A stretch of DNA of 52,738 bases from an uncultured Gammaproteobacteria bacterium. Lineage in GTDB: Bacteria; Patescibacteriota; Microgenomatia; Daviesbacterales; UBA10151. Below are positions 18,835-27,619 of this stretch, piece after piece. Positions within the stretch are counted from its first letter, which is position 1. Every line of letters begins with the position of its first letter. The stretch spans positions 41,387 through 94,124 of the forward strand of contig CAZYPW010000005.1 of assembly GCA_964649615.1 (NCBI GenBank), given 5' to 3'. The notes below the pieces were generated by a model. It ran no database searches. It was given only the letters and a program-made list of their open reading frames with translations, and was not told the origin of the DNA. The translations under genes and the position numbers were made by a program.

Positions 18835-20103
18835 ATGGCTGATGGTAGCAGTGGTCCCCCTCCTTCAGAGTTAGGTATCACACCTAAAGATTTAGGTATT
18901 AAACCAGGTAATCTGCCAGCACGACCACAGGAATTTGGACGAATAGACTTACAAGAAACACCGTATAGAACGGATGTTAGGGTTTTACAAGCTCAATATT
19001 TTCCAGAAGGTAAATATTTAAAAATAGCTGATGGATCAGAATATATCCTTGACGCCAATGGTAGAACGATTATCCTATTTGAAAAACCAACAGATAAAGG
19101 ATTCACTTCTGCTTACTCTCCCTTAACACCACAAGATTTAAGAAGAAAGTTAGCTACTTTACCAGAAGAGCAACAAAAAGAGCTTGCTGGGATGTTACAT
19201 TTACCTGATTTAAGCCCTGATAGCCTTCATACCACTCAAGCTACTGGGACTCTTGAGGATTTAATGTCGAGATTAAAGAGTAGAGCAAGCAGCGAAAGAA
19301 GGCCCCAAAGAGTAGCTGCAACAGACGCAGTAAGTAGAGATATACCACCTGATCTACCAGATAGTCATTTTGTTCAATTAAACCCGAAAGAGTATGCGGC
19401 AAGAAAAGCTGAGCAATGGGAAGCCGTAAGGGATCTTCCTGATAATGATCAACGTAAAATTCTCTACTTTAGAAGATTTACTCGAGAGTTTAGGTCTGGA
19501 GTACGATTTAATCCAGAACTCACTGCTTCTTCAGGAGATAACTTTAGATATTACGGGGTAGATACTTCTAGGGTAGGCGAACTACCTACGGTAGAAGCAT
19601 ATAGACCAACTATAGCGGTATCAGCAGGAAGAAAGATTGGTTTTGTGATCGGATACCATCATTTGGAAAAACCTTGGAGTAATTTATTCATGGAGATGTT
19701 TCAAAGACAAGTTCAATATTCCCCCGATCAGATAGAGTTTATTGTTATCCAGAATACAGATATTCCAACAGGTGATCGATCAATAGCCTCTGAGCGAGAA
19801 ATTCAACAAACAATCGCAGCAATGGGGATTACTGATATTATTGATGTTCACGAACAGCTTGCCATGTTAAATCATTATATGGATAGTACCAGAGCATCAG
19901 AGTTCAAAAATACTTTTAGAGCAGGAGGGAGTAAAAATCCTAATGGTGGAGAATATACACTTGATCCTTTTGTACCTCTTTGGGCTATAGAACAGTATTA
20001 CCAGGGTCATATATACCCGCAACTGCAAGATGCAATCAATGAACAGATTAAAAAAGCAGAGGTTTTAATAAAAGGCTTAGGTAACCCAGCGGCAAAAGCA
20101 TAG
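18835..20103 (+). CDS. Hypothetical protein; possible zinc-hydrolase-like C-terminus
   Basis: 422-aa ORF with TATAAT 7 nt before ATG; GYHHLE and IDVHE motifs. Confidence 0.65.
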   Translation: MADGSSGPPPSELGITPKDLGIKPGNLPARPQEFGRIDLQETPYRTDVRVLQAQYFPEGKYLKIADGSEYILDANGRTIILFEKPTDKGFTSAYSPLTPQDLRRKLATLPEEQQKELAGMLHLPDLSPDSLHTTQATGTLEDLMSRLKSRASSERRPQRVAATDAVSRDIPPDLPDSHFVQLNPKEYAARKAEQWEAVRDLPDNDQRKILYFRRFTREFRSGVRFNPELTASSGDNFRYYGVDTSRVGELPTVEAYRPTIAVSAGRKIGFVIGYHHLEKPWSNLFMEMFQRQVQYSPDQIEFIVIQNTDIPTGDRSIASEREIQQTIAAMGITDIIDVHEQLAMLNHYMDSTRASEFKNTFRAGGSKNPNGGEYTLDPFVPLWAIEQYYQGHIYPQLQDAINEQIKKAEVLIKGLGNPAAKA

Positions 20104-20152
20104 AGATTTATACACTAGGATCATTTCTAATATTCTTTGGTATAATCCTTAA

Positions 20153-20293
20153 ATGGACGAGAATGAGTTGGACTTTACTAAACTTAAATATGTTTTGTAC
20201 GCCCGCAAATCTACAGATGATCCTTCAGTAAATTCAGGATCATCTTGAGCTCTGCCGAAAGATGACCCCCAAAGACAAGTAAGATCTATTTAA
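20153..20293 (+). pseudogene. Serine recombinase N-terminal remnant
   Basis: KYVLYARKSTDDP...DDPQRQVRSI; interrupted by a 45-bp insert containing TGA, then truncated. Confidence 0.75.
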
Positions 20294-20517
20294 ACAATTG
20301 GTTTGCCAAATTTTATTAAGTTTTCTTTTTTCTCTCTTCTCCAGCCTTTAATTTGGGTTTCTCTTCTTCTGGCACCCAAAAGAGTTGGGAGAGTTTCAAT
20401 ATAAATAAGCTCAAAGGTTTTATTTCTTTTGGTAAATTCAGCACCATCACCGGATTTGTGTCTTAAGATTCTGCTATTGATATCATGAGTTACCCCTTTT
20501 AGTGCCCTTCGATAAGC
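20290..20517 (-). pseudogene. 5'-truncated GIY-YIG nuclease
   Basis: Hand translation GVTHDINSRILRHKSGDGAEFTK...ARRRETQIKGWRREKK; no start or GIY motif, upstream stop lies in a REP-like hairpin. Confidence 0.75.
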
Positions 20518-20593
20518 TCAGGGCCTTTCGACTCTATGCTATTCATCGGTCGAAGACCTTGAGTGAGGTCGATTTATCGACCGAATCGAAAGG
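20504..20593. repeat. REP-like GC-rich hairpins
   Basis: gcccttcgataagctcagggc (similar to 29783-29804) followed by cctttcga...tcgaaagg. Confidence 0.65.
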
Positions 20594-20665
20594 TCGGGGT
20601 GCTGGGAATTGAACCCAGTATCTCTGCGACCCGAACGCAGCGTGATACCGATTCACTACACCCCG
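20592..20665 (-). tRNA. tRNA-Pro(CGG)
   Basis: CGGGGTG acceptor, CTGCG-TT-CGG-GT-CGCAG anticodon arm, TTCAATT T-loop. Confidence 0.92.
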
Positions 20666-20710
20666 AATCCTTAGTAATTATACCTCCTGAAGTGTTAAAA
20701 TATAATATAT

Positions 20711-20911
20711 GCCGTTGTAGCTCACCGGATAAGCGGAGCTTGCAAAATTGGCCCTGTAGCTCAGTGGATAGAGCAATCCCGTCCTAAGGGAGAGGTCGTG
20801 AGTTCGACTCTCGCCAGGGCCGCCAATTTTGTAGAGCAACCCGTCCTTCTCCGCCAAAGGCGGAGGGTGTGTTAGGGGTAGGTTGGAGGTTCGATTCCTC
20901 TCAACGGCGCC
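20711..20911 (+). other. Interrupted outer tRNA-like gene (probably Arg-derived) enclosing tRNA-Arg(CCT)
   Basis: GCCGTTG (20711) pairs with CAACGGC (20902); canonical T-arm GGAGG-TTCGATT-CCTCT; the D-loop and anticodon loop both carry insertions. Confidence 0.65.
20750..20825 (+). tRNA. tRNA-Arg(CCT)
   Basis: GGCCCTG/CAGGGCC stem, GGATA D-loop, CCT anticodon, TTCGACT T-loop, encoded CCA. Confidence 0.9.
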
Positions 20912-20915
20912 CGCT

Positions 20916-21596
20916 ATGATTGATAATTTTAAATTTGTTTTACTAATTAGATTTGTAGGATATTTGGTATTTTTTACCGGCCTTTTGACCTTTTTATTTA
21001 TCTTAGGACCCTTAGTAAAAGCAGAAGCTGAGTATAGGATGGATAGAATTTTAGGAGTAAGAAGAACTGTGCCTAATATTATAACTTCTGATTCAGGGCA
21101 AACAGGATCTATGACTTCTTTTTCAGATTTAAAAGTTGATAATAACACTATTATCCCAGTTTCCACAGAATTTGGGATTGTGATTGAAAAGATTAATGCC
21201 AATGCTAAAATTGTAGCTAATGTTGATCCTGGCAATGAGAAAGAATATGCCCAGGCTTTAACTTTGGGAGTTGCTCAAGCGCAGGGCAGCACAGATCCTG
21301 GCCAGCCAGGTAACCTTTACCTATTTTCCCACTCCACAGATGCCCCCTGGAATATAATACGGTTTAATGCAGTTTTTTACCTTTTGAGAGAGTTAAATAA
21401 TGGTGATAGGGTGATTATTTTTTACAAAAACAAAAGATATGATTATATTGTCTATGATAAAACTGTAGTTTCACCCTCTGATGTAACTTATCTTACTAAT
21501 AGGTATGATGTGCCTGTTTTAACGCTGCAAACCTGTGATCCACCAGGAACTTTACTTAATAGGCTGGTGATTAGGGCAAAACTTGTTAATAGCTAG
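20916..21596 (+). CDS. Sortase
   Basis: LFSHS His motif, LTLQTC catalytic motif, downstream Arg; ATG 20916. Confidence 0.9.
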   Translation: MIDNFKFVLLIRFVGYLVFFTGLLTFLFILGPLVKAEAEYRMDRILGVRRTVPNIITSDSGQTGSMTSFSDLKVDNNTIIPVSTEFGIVIEKINANAKIVANVDPGNEKEYAQALTLGVAQAQGSTDPGQPGNLYLFSHSTDAPWNIIRFNAVFYLLRELNNGDRVIIFYKNKRYDYIVYDKTVVSPSDVTYLTNRYDVPVLTLQTCDPPGTLLNRLVIRAKLVNS

Positions 21597-21605
21597 AATT
21601 GACCA

Positions 21606-21722
21606 TAGATGGTAGAGAATAGAAAATAGTGGTAGAAGGTAGAAAGTGGAAGTTAGAGATAATCTATCATCCAGCTTCTATCTTCAAAGTACTATCTTCC
21701 ATTTTCCATCATCTATCGTCTA
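21606..21722. repeat. Heptamer palindrome (ATGGTAG/CTATCTT family)
   Basis: atagatggtagagaatagaaaatagtggtagaagg ... ctatcttccattttccatcatctatcgtc. Confidence 0.8.
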
Positions 21723-21736
21723 AAATATTTAAGATT

Positions 21737-22870
21737 ATGTCTAAGCGTTTTCTTATTACCATTATCACTTTAGCAGTTATAGCCTTTTCTGCAGGCATAG
21801 CTATTTTTTTAGCCAAAGGTTACACCTTTTCTCCTACAGAAAAAAGAATTGTGGGTACAGGCATTATTAATATCACTTCTGAACCTGATGCAGCCTCTGT
21901 TTTTATTGATGGGCACCTTACCACAGCCACTAATGCTACAGTTTCTTCACTTTCTCCTAAAAGTTATACAGTCAGGGTGGTAAAAGAGGGTTTTATACCC
22001 TGGGAAAGGTTAGTTGAGGTTAAAGAAGGAGTGGTAACAGCTGTCAAAGTTACTTTATTCCCAGCTATACCCACTATTTATCCTTTAACCTTCAGCGGAG
22101 TTTTAAATCCTTCTTTGTCTCCTGATGGTTCTAAATTGGCTTATATTGTGCCAGCTAACAATAACAATCTAAAAAAGGCTGGAGTTTGGGTTTGGACTAT
22201 GGTCAGAAACCAGCCAATTGCTTTTGCCCGCTCTTCTGAACCACATCAGATTGCCTCAAACACCACTACTGATTTTTCCAAAGCTACTTTGAAATGGTCT
22301 CCAGATTCAAAACAAGTTCTAGCGGTAACGCCAACAGCTACAGTTGATGGTAACAACTATCTGCTGGAATCTGAGAGTATGAATAATGATCCTAGGGACA
22401 TCACCCCAATTTTATCTGCTACTTTAAGTGCTTGGGAAGAAGATATTGAGTCTAAAGAAATGGCCAGGGTAATGACTATAAATGATGATAGATTAAGGAA
22501 AATAGCCTCTGATTCTGCCTCTTTGAGTTGGGCACCAGATGAAACTAAGTTTATGGCTTCATCTTCCGCAGAGGTTAAAGTCTATGATTTAGAAGATAAT
22601 GAGCGAAGCTCCTCTGTGAGTAAAGACTACAAATTGCCTAAAGCTTTAGCCTATATCTGGTTGCCAGATTCACGCCATATAGTTTTAGTTGAGGAGGGAG
22701 CTATTTCTATGGTGGATTTTGATGGGACAAATAAGGCCGTTATTTATGTTGGTAAGTTTGAAGATAGTTTTGTTTTTCCTTGGCCAGATTCATCCAGATT
22801 TGTGATAATAAGCTCATTTCCCACCCCCACTGCATCTGAACCAAACTTGTATGGGATAAACCTACGGTAA
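21737..22870 (+). CDS. PEGA-domain, beta-propeller-like exported protein
   Basis: TM, ITSEPDAASVFIDG PEGA motif, SPDG/WSPD/WAPD repeats; ATG 21737. Confidence 0.8.
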   Translation: MSKRFLITIITLAVIAFSAGIAIFLAKGYTFSPTEKRIVGTGIINITSEPDAASVFIDGHLTTATNATVSSLSPKSYTVRVVKEGFIPWERLVEVKEGVVTAVKVTLFPAIPTIYPLTFSGVLNPSLSPDGSKLAYIVPANNNNLKKAGVWVWTMVRNQPIAFARSSEPHQIASNTTTDFSKATLKWSPDSKQVLAVTPTATVDGNNYLLESESMNNDPRDITPILSATLSAWEEDIESKEMARVMTINDDRLRKIASDSASLSWAPDETKFMASSSAEVKVYDLEDNERSSSVSKDYKLPKALAYIWLPDSRHIVLVEEGAISMVDFDGTNKAVIYVGKFEDSFVFPWPDSSRFVIISSFPTPTASEPNLYGINLR

Positions 22871-22953
22871 GTTAAAAGTTTAAAGTGCAAAGTGTAAAGT
22901 TAGTGTTGTTTTCTTTCAGAAAACTTTTAATTTTTAACTTTGAATTTTGAACT
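22871..22953. repeat. Heptamer palindrome before mreB
   Basis: gttaaaagtttaaagtgcaaagtgtaaagtt ... aacttttaatttttaactttgaattttgaac. Confidence 0.8.
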
Positions 22954-23012
22954 ATTATGATCCATTTAGTGCATCTTGTGACCCAGTTTTCCAGTTGTTA
23001 AAATGTCCAGGT

Positions 23013-24029
23013 ATGTTTGGACTGAACAAAAGAATTGGAATTGACCTTGGCACTGCTAACTCTTTGGTTTATTTAGCAGGTACAGGCATTGTTTTAAATG
23101 AACCCACTGTGGTGGCTATTACTACAGATGATAACCGGGTTTTAGCTGTGGGTAATGAAGCCAAAGAAATGCTGGGCAGGACTCCAGGTAATATTATTGC
23201 CAGTAGGCCTATGAGAGATGGGGTGATTGCAGATTATGTGATCACTGAGGCCATGATCAGATATTTTTTAGATAAAGTCAGTGGCCAAAGTAGGATTTTT
23301 AAGCCTGAGGTAATGGTTTGTGCTCCTGCTGGGGTAACTTCTGTGGAGAAAAGAGCCATCTTGGATGCTACCCTTTCTGCTGGAGCTAAAACTGCTTTTT
23401 TAATAGATGAACCCTTGGCTGCAGCTATTGGAGCCAAAATCCCCATTGCTAATCCTTCAGGCAATATGATTGTGGATATTGGTGGAGGAACTACTGAAGC
23501 AGCAGTGATTTGTTTGGGAGGAGTGGTGGTACATTCCAGTGTCAGAGTGGGGGGAAATAAAATTGACGAGGCTATACAAAATTATGTCAGGAAAAAACAT
23601 AATTTAATTATAGGAGAAAGAATGGCAGAAGAGGTCAAAATTAAAATAGGTTCAGCCATCCCTTTAAAACCAGGAGAGATGCAAAAATTAGAAGTAAGAG
23701 GCAGGGATGCTGTAACTGGCTTGCCTAAAACAGTGGAGATAACTTCAGAAGAAGTAACTCTGGCTATCAATGAAGTCATCAACAAAATTATTTCTGGAGC
23801 TAAAGGAGTTTTAGAACAAATTCCTCCTGAGCTGGCCTCTGATATTATTGATAAAGGAATTGTGATGAGTGGAGGAACATCACTTTTAAGAAATTTAGAT
23901 AGATTATTTACAGAAACCTTAGGGGTGCCTGCAGCTTTAGCAGAGAATCCATTGTATTGTGTGGCTTTGGGCACAGGAATAGCGCTGGAAAATCTGGATC
24001 TTTACAAAAGATCGGTAAGTAAAAGATAA
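23013..24029 (+). CDS. mreB: Rod shape-determining protein MreB
   Basis: IGIDLGTAN, VDIGGGTT, MSGGTSLL; ATG 23013. Confidence 0.95.
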   Translation: MFGLNKRIGIDLGTANSLVYLAGTGIVLNEPTVVAITTDDNRVLAVGNEAKEMLGRTPGNIIASRPMRDGVIADYVITEAMIRYFLDKVSGQSRIFKPEVMVCAPAGVTSVEKRAILDATLSAGAKTAFLIDEPLAAAIGAKIPIANPSGNMIVDIGGGTTEAAVICLGGVVVHSSVRVGGNKIDEAIQNYVRKKHNLIIGERMAEEVKIKIGSAIPLKPGEMQKLEVRGRDAVTGLPKTVEITSEEVTLAINEVINKIISGAKGVLEQIPPELASDIIDKGIVMSGGTSLLRNLDRLFTETLGVPAALAENPLYCVALGTGIALENLDLYKRSVSKR

Positions 24030-24095
24030 ATTTCCTTAGAGGATATATAGTAGAAATAAATGGAAATAAGTAGAAATACATTGTAAACTAGAGGA

Positions 24096-25316
24096 ATGGT
24101 GATTGGTTTTGATGGATCAAGGGCTTTTATTTCTCAAAAAACAGGCACAGAAAATTATTCCTATCAGCTTTTAAAAGCATTAGCCAAAATTGATAAAGCT
24201 AATCGGTATTTTGTTTACACCAGGCCTTTCATTAGTAGGCCGATCGACCAACTAATGAAATTGCCTAAGAATTTTAAGGTGGTTGAAATTAGGTGGCCAA
24301 GATTTTGGACACAGGGAGGTTTAGCAGTCCAGACCTTCAAGGATAATTTGGATGTTTTGTTTGTTCCTTCACATACTTTGCCTATAATCAGAAGACCGGG
24401 ATTGAAAACTGTTATAACAGTGCATGATTTAGGGTCAGAGTATTTACCCTCCATGCATCAGTTAAAGCAAAGGTTATATTTGGGTTTTATGCAAAAATAT
24501 CAGCTTAATTCAGCCACAAAAATAATTGCTGTATCACAAGCTACCAAACTAGATCTAGTTAAGAGAATTGGGATAGATCCTGGGAAGATAAAAGTGGTGT
24601 ACGAAGGATACGATCAAGGCAATTTCAAAAATCAAAACTCAAAAGTCAAAATTGATGCACAAAGTAGTATTTTGAAATACTATGAACTAATAACTAATAA
24701 CTATTTTCTTTTTGTGGGGACAGTACAGCCAAGGAAGAACCTCGAGCGCGTGATTTCAGCATTTAGTAGGTTTATAGCCCAATCTAAAACTCGAAATGGA
24801 GATAGTATAGAGTATAAAGTATCGAGTATAGAGGGTAAAAAACAGAAAAAAGCAAAACCCCACTATACTCTATACACTATACCTTATACTTTAGTGATTG
24901 CGGGTTCAAAGGGTTGGCTTTCTAATGATATCTACAAACTGCCAAAGAAGTTGGGGATTGAAGATAGGGTGAAGTTTTTAGGGTATGTGCCTGAGAAAGA
25001 TTTACCTGCACTTTACAGTGGAGCCCAAGCTTTAGTTTTCCCCTCTCTTTTTGAAGGATTTGGGTTGCCTATACTTGAGGCTCAAGCCTGTGGATGCCCA
25101 GTGGTTACCTCAAATGTGTCAAGCATGCCTGAAGTAGCTGGAAAAGGGGCAATATATGTGGATCCCTACAGCGTAGATGATATAGTAGATGGTATGGAAA
25201 GGGTAAAGGGTAAAGCGGAAAGGGTAAAGTTAATAAAGGCAGGATATGAGAATATAAAAAGATTTAGTTGGGAAAAGTGTGCAGCTCAAACACTAAAAGT
25301 GTTTGAAGAATTATGA
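24096..25316 (+). CDS. GT4 family glycosyltransferase with repeat-derived inserts
   Basis: GTVQPRKN, EGFGLPILEA. Confidence 0.92.
   Translation: MVIGFDGSRAFISQKTGTENYSYQLLKALAKIDKANRYFVYTRPFISRPIDQLMKLPKNFKVVEIRWPRFWTQGGLAVQTFKDNLDVLFVPSHTLPIIRRPGLKTVITVHDLGSEYLPSMHQLKQRLYLGFMQKYQLNSATKIIAVSQATKLDLVKRIGIDPGKIKVVYEGYDQGNFKNQNSKVKIDAQSSILKYYELITNNYFLFVGTVQPRKNLERVISAFSRFIAQSKTRNGDSIEYKVSSIEGKKQKKAKPHYTLYTIPYTLVIAGSKGWLSNDIYKLPKKLGIEDRVKFLGYVPEKDLPALYSGAQALVFPSLFEGFGLPILEAQACGCPVVTSNVSSMPEVAGKGAIYVDPYSVDDIVDGMERVKGKAERVKLIKAGYENIKRFSWEKCAAQTLKVFEEL
24802..24890. repeat. In-frame heptamer palindrome (TAGAGTA/TATACTC) in the GT4 gene
   Basis: Near-identical to 25725-25804. Confidence 0.9.
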
Positions 25317-26059
25317 AAAAAGAAATTTTAGGAGTTAAAATTGATGATCTTTCAATACCTGAAATTGTCAGTATAGTAGAAGGTTGGTTAAAAAAGGAAG
25401 GTAAGCATTATATTGTTACTCCGAATCCGGAAATTGTGATGATGGCGCAAAAAGATTTGGAGTTAAAAAAGATCTTAAATAATACAGACTTAAGTATTCC
25501 TGATGGAGTGGGTTTAAAATTAGCAAGTGATATAGAAAATATTAGTCCTGGAGTAGATGTTTTGGAGGCCTTAGTAAAATTAGCAGCTGATTTGGGCGCC
25601 ACAGTAGGCTTTTTAGGTGGCAGAGTTGGGGTAGCAGAAAAAGCAGTAGAGCGCTTATTAAAAAAGCATCCAAATTTAAAAGTAACTTTTGCAGGGTCTG
25701 GAGGAGAGGTGGATGAGGAAGGGAATAGTATAGAGTATAGAGTATCAAGTATAAAGGGTAACAAACAAAAAAATAAATCCCACTATACTCTATACACTAT
25801 ACCTGCTACCGATTTACTTTTCGTGGCCTTTGGCCCACCTAAGCAGGAAAAATGGATAGCAAAAAACTTAAAGGAAATAGATGTTAAAGTAGCTATGGGG
25901 GTGGGAGGAGCTTTTGATTACCTATCTGGCAGAGTTAAGCGAGCTCCTAAGCTAATAAGAAGCTTAGGGTTGGAGTGGTTGTTTAGGCTAATCATTCAAC
26001 CATGGAGAATAAAAAGGCAAATAGCTCTTCTTAAATATCTTTATCTTGTGATACACTGA
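25313..26059 (+). CDS. WecB/TagA/CpsF family glycosyltransferase
   Basis: TPNPE, PDGVG, GPPKQE, GVGGAFD, RAPK..LGLEWLFRL. Confidence 0.92.
   Translation: MKKEILGVKIDDLSIPEIVSIVEGWLKKEGKHYIVTPNPEIVMMAQKDLELKKILNNTDLSIPDGVGLKLASDIENISPGVDVLEALVKLAADLGATVGFLGGRVGVAEKAVERLLKKHPNLKVTFAGSGGEVDEEGNSIEYRVSSIKGNKQKNKSHYTLYTIPATDLLFVAFGPPKQEKWIAKNLKEIDVKVAMGVGGAFDYLSGRVKRAPKLIRSLGLEWLFRLIIQPWRIKRQIALLKYLYLVIH
25725..25804. repeat. In-frame heptamer palindrome in the WecB/TagA gene
   Basis: Last 26 nt identical to 24859-24884. Confidence 0.9.
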
Positions 26060-26063
26060 AAGT

Positions 26064-26570
26064 ATGGTTATTACCAAAAAATATCAGGATATCAAACCAG
26101 TTTTAATGGATACAAAAGCTCCTCGGGTAAAGGAGCCTTATTTTGTAATAGATGCAGGCCATCAATCAATTTTTGTATTAGCTTCTGGCCAAAATGGGGT
26201 GGAATATAATAAAACTGAGGGTTTTGTGAGTAGTTATAATGAAGTAGGTACATTTCAGTGCCTTTATGGCCAGGGAGCAATTTTGATGCAGAGAAATGAT
26301 GAAGAAGGAGAGGCCAAAGAGTTTAAAGTCTTAACTTTAAATCCAGGGAGGCAGTTTTTAGTGCCTGCTGGGTGGGCAATGTGTTTAGTTAATATAGGAA
26401 AAAATTTATTGGTAGTTTTAGCAAATTTGGATATTAATTCAAAGTATTTAGATTCAAAACCAATTATAGAAAAAAGGGGGTTAGCTTACTTTGTAGTGGA
26501 GAAAAAAGGTGAAATAGCTTTCGAGCAAAATCTAAACTATACGGTTCATCCTCAAATTACTACAGAGTAA
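26064..26570 (+). CDS. Cupin, archaeal-type glucose-6-phosphate isomerase-like
   Basis: GVEYNKTEG, FQCLYGQG, VPAGWA, EKRGLAYFVVE; metal His residues poorly conserved. Confidence 0.6.
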   Translation: MVITKKYQDIKPVLMDTKAPRVKEPYFVIDAGHQSIFVLASGQNGVEYNKTEGFVSSYNEVGTFQCLYGQGAILMQRNDEEGEAKEFKVLTLNPGRQFLVPAGWAMCLVNIGKNLLVVLANLDINSKYLDSKPIIEKRGLAYFVVEKKGEIAFEQNLNYTVHPQITTE

Positions 26571-26624
26571 GATTTGATTTTTACAACAACGTAATCTAGT
26601 CATATTAGCAGTAAAGTTAACCAG

Positions 26625-26666
26625 GATTTAAACCCTTTAGACGAAGTCGCAAACTTCGCTTAATAC
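26625..26666. repeat. 42-bp dispersed repeat, copy 2
   Basis: gatttaaaccctttagacgaagtcgcaaacttcgcttaatac; compare 9168-9209. Confidence 0.8.
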
Positions 26667-26669
26667 TAA

Positions 26670-26900
26670 TTAGTAAGAGCTTGTTGAGGACTCAGAGGAT
26701 TGGGTTTTTTGTGTTATCCCTAAAAGCCATAACACTGCCTCTTTCTTATATCTTCTATCACCTCTGGAGTTTATTCTAATGGCTGGCAGTTTGCCTCTTT
26801 TGCCCCATCTTTTAATAGTTAAAGGAGAAACTCTTAAAACTTCTGCTACTTCTTTGACTGTTAATAAATCAGGGAGATTTTCTAGTGATAATTTGTTCAT
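26670..26900 (-). CDS. Excisionase/BldC-like small HTH protein
   Basis: LLTVKEVAEVLRVSPLTIKRWGKRGKLPAIRINSRGDRRY. Confidence 0.88.
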   Translation of the reverse strand: MNKLSLENLPDLLTVKEVAEVLRVSPLTIKRWGKRGKLPAIRINSRGDRRYKKEAVLWLLGITQKTQSSESSTSSY

Positions 26901-26984
26901 AATTAGTTATGAGTTCATAGTACGCTTCGCTTGTAGTTCATAGAAAATTTCTACGAACTAATAACTACCAACTAAGAACTAATC
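26901..26984. repeat. Heptamer palindrome (TAGTTAT/AACTAAT)
   Basis: aattagttatgagttcatag ... cgaactaataactaccaactaagaactaat. Confidence 0.75.
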
Positions 26985-27066
26985 ATTATATATCATAACA
27001 AAACATAGAGTGTCAATCCCTCAATTACATTCGGGATTGACCCTTTAACAGGCCAGCAGCTTAAAA

Positions 27067-27618
27067 TTACTTGCCTTTGGCTATAATTCCTTGAATAATC
27101 CCTCTGTATTTTGAAATATCAGATTCTGCTTGTGACTTTTCCTTTTTATCACGTTCACAACTATCTTTAAAGAAATCACTTCCACTGCAGGTAATCCTCA
27201 TTGAAGCTTCTGCACCATCTAAACTAAAAACAGCATAATTAAATCTTTGTAAGTAATATTCCAAATCTTCATAGTCTGTTTGAGAGTAACATTTATTGCT
27301 GGCAAATTCACCTTCTCTGATATTTTTTCTAATGCAGTTTGCAACTTGTGGCTGAGTTGGTTTAACCACAGGTTGGGTAACAGGTTTTTGAGTAGGCTTT
27401 GGAGTTGGGGGAGATGAAGGTGAAAGACTAGGAGATGGAGAAGGAGTAGGCTCCAGCGCTGTTTGTAAATCTTGGGAAAATTGCCTGAAAGGAGCCACAA
27501 AAACTTTATCAAAATCACCAGATTGAACTCCCTGATAAATACCAGCAAGGATAAATACTAAAAATAAACCAAGTAAAATAGAAAAAACTAGTCTAGCACG
27601 GAATAAAATCCTGGACAT
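27067..27618 (-). CDS. Hypothetical membrane-anchored protein
   Basis: N-terminal TM, Pro/Ser/Thr linker, 4-Cys domain. Confidence 0.7.
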   Translation of the reverse strand: MSRILFRARLVFSILLGLFLVFILAGIYQGVQSGDFDKVFVAPFRQFSQDLQTALEPTPSPSPSLSPSSPPTPKPTQKPVTQPVVKPTQPQVANCIRKNIREGEFASNKCYSQTDYEDLEYYLQRFNYAVFSLDGAEASMRITCSGSDFFKDSCERDKKEKSQAESDISKYRGIIQGIIAKGK

Positions 27619-27619
27619 A

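Noticed and set aside
20563-21235. ORFs 20563-20787 (+) and 20678-21235 (-)
   Set aside because: They overlap tRNA genes and the sortase; no protein motifs.
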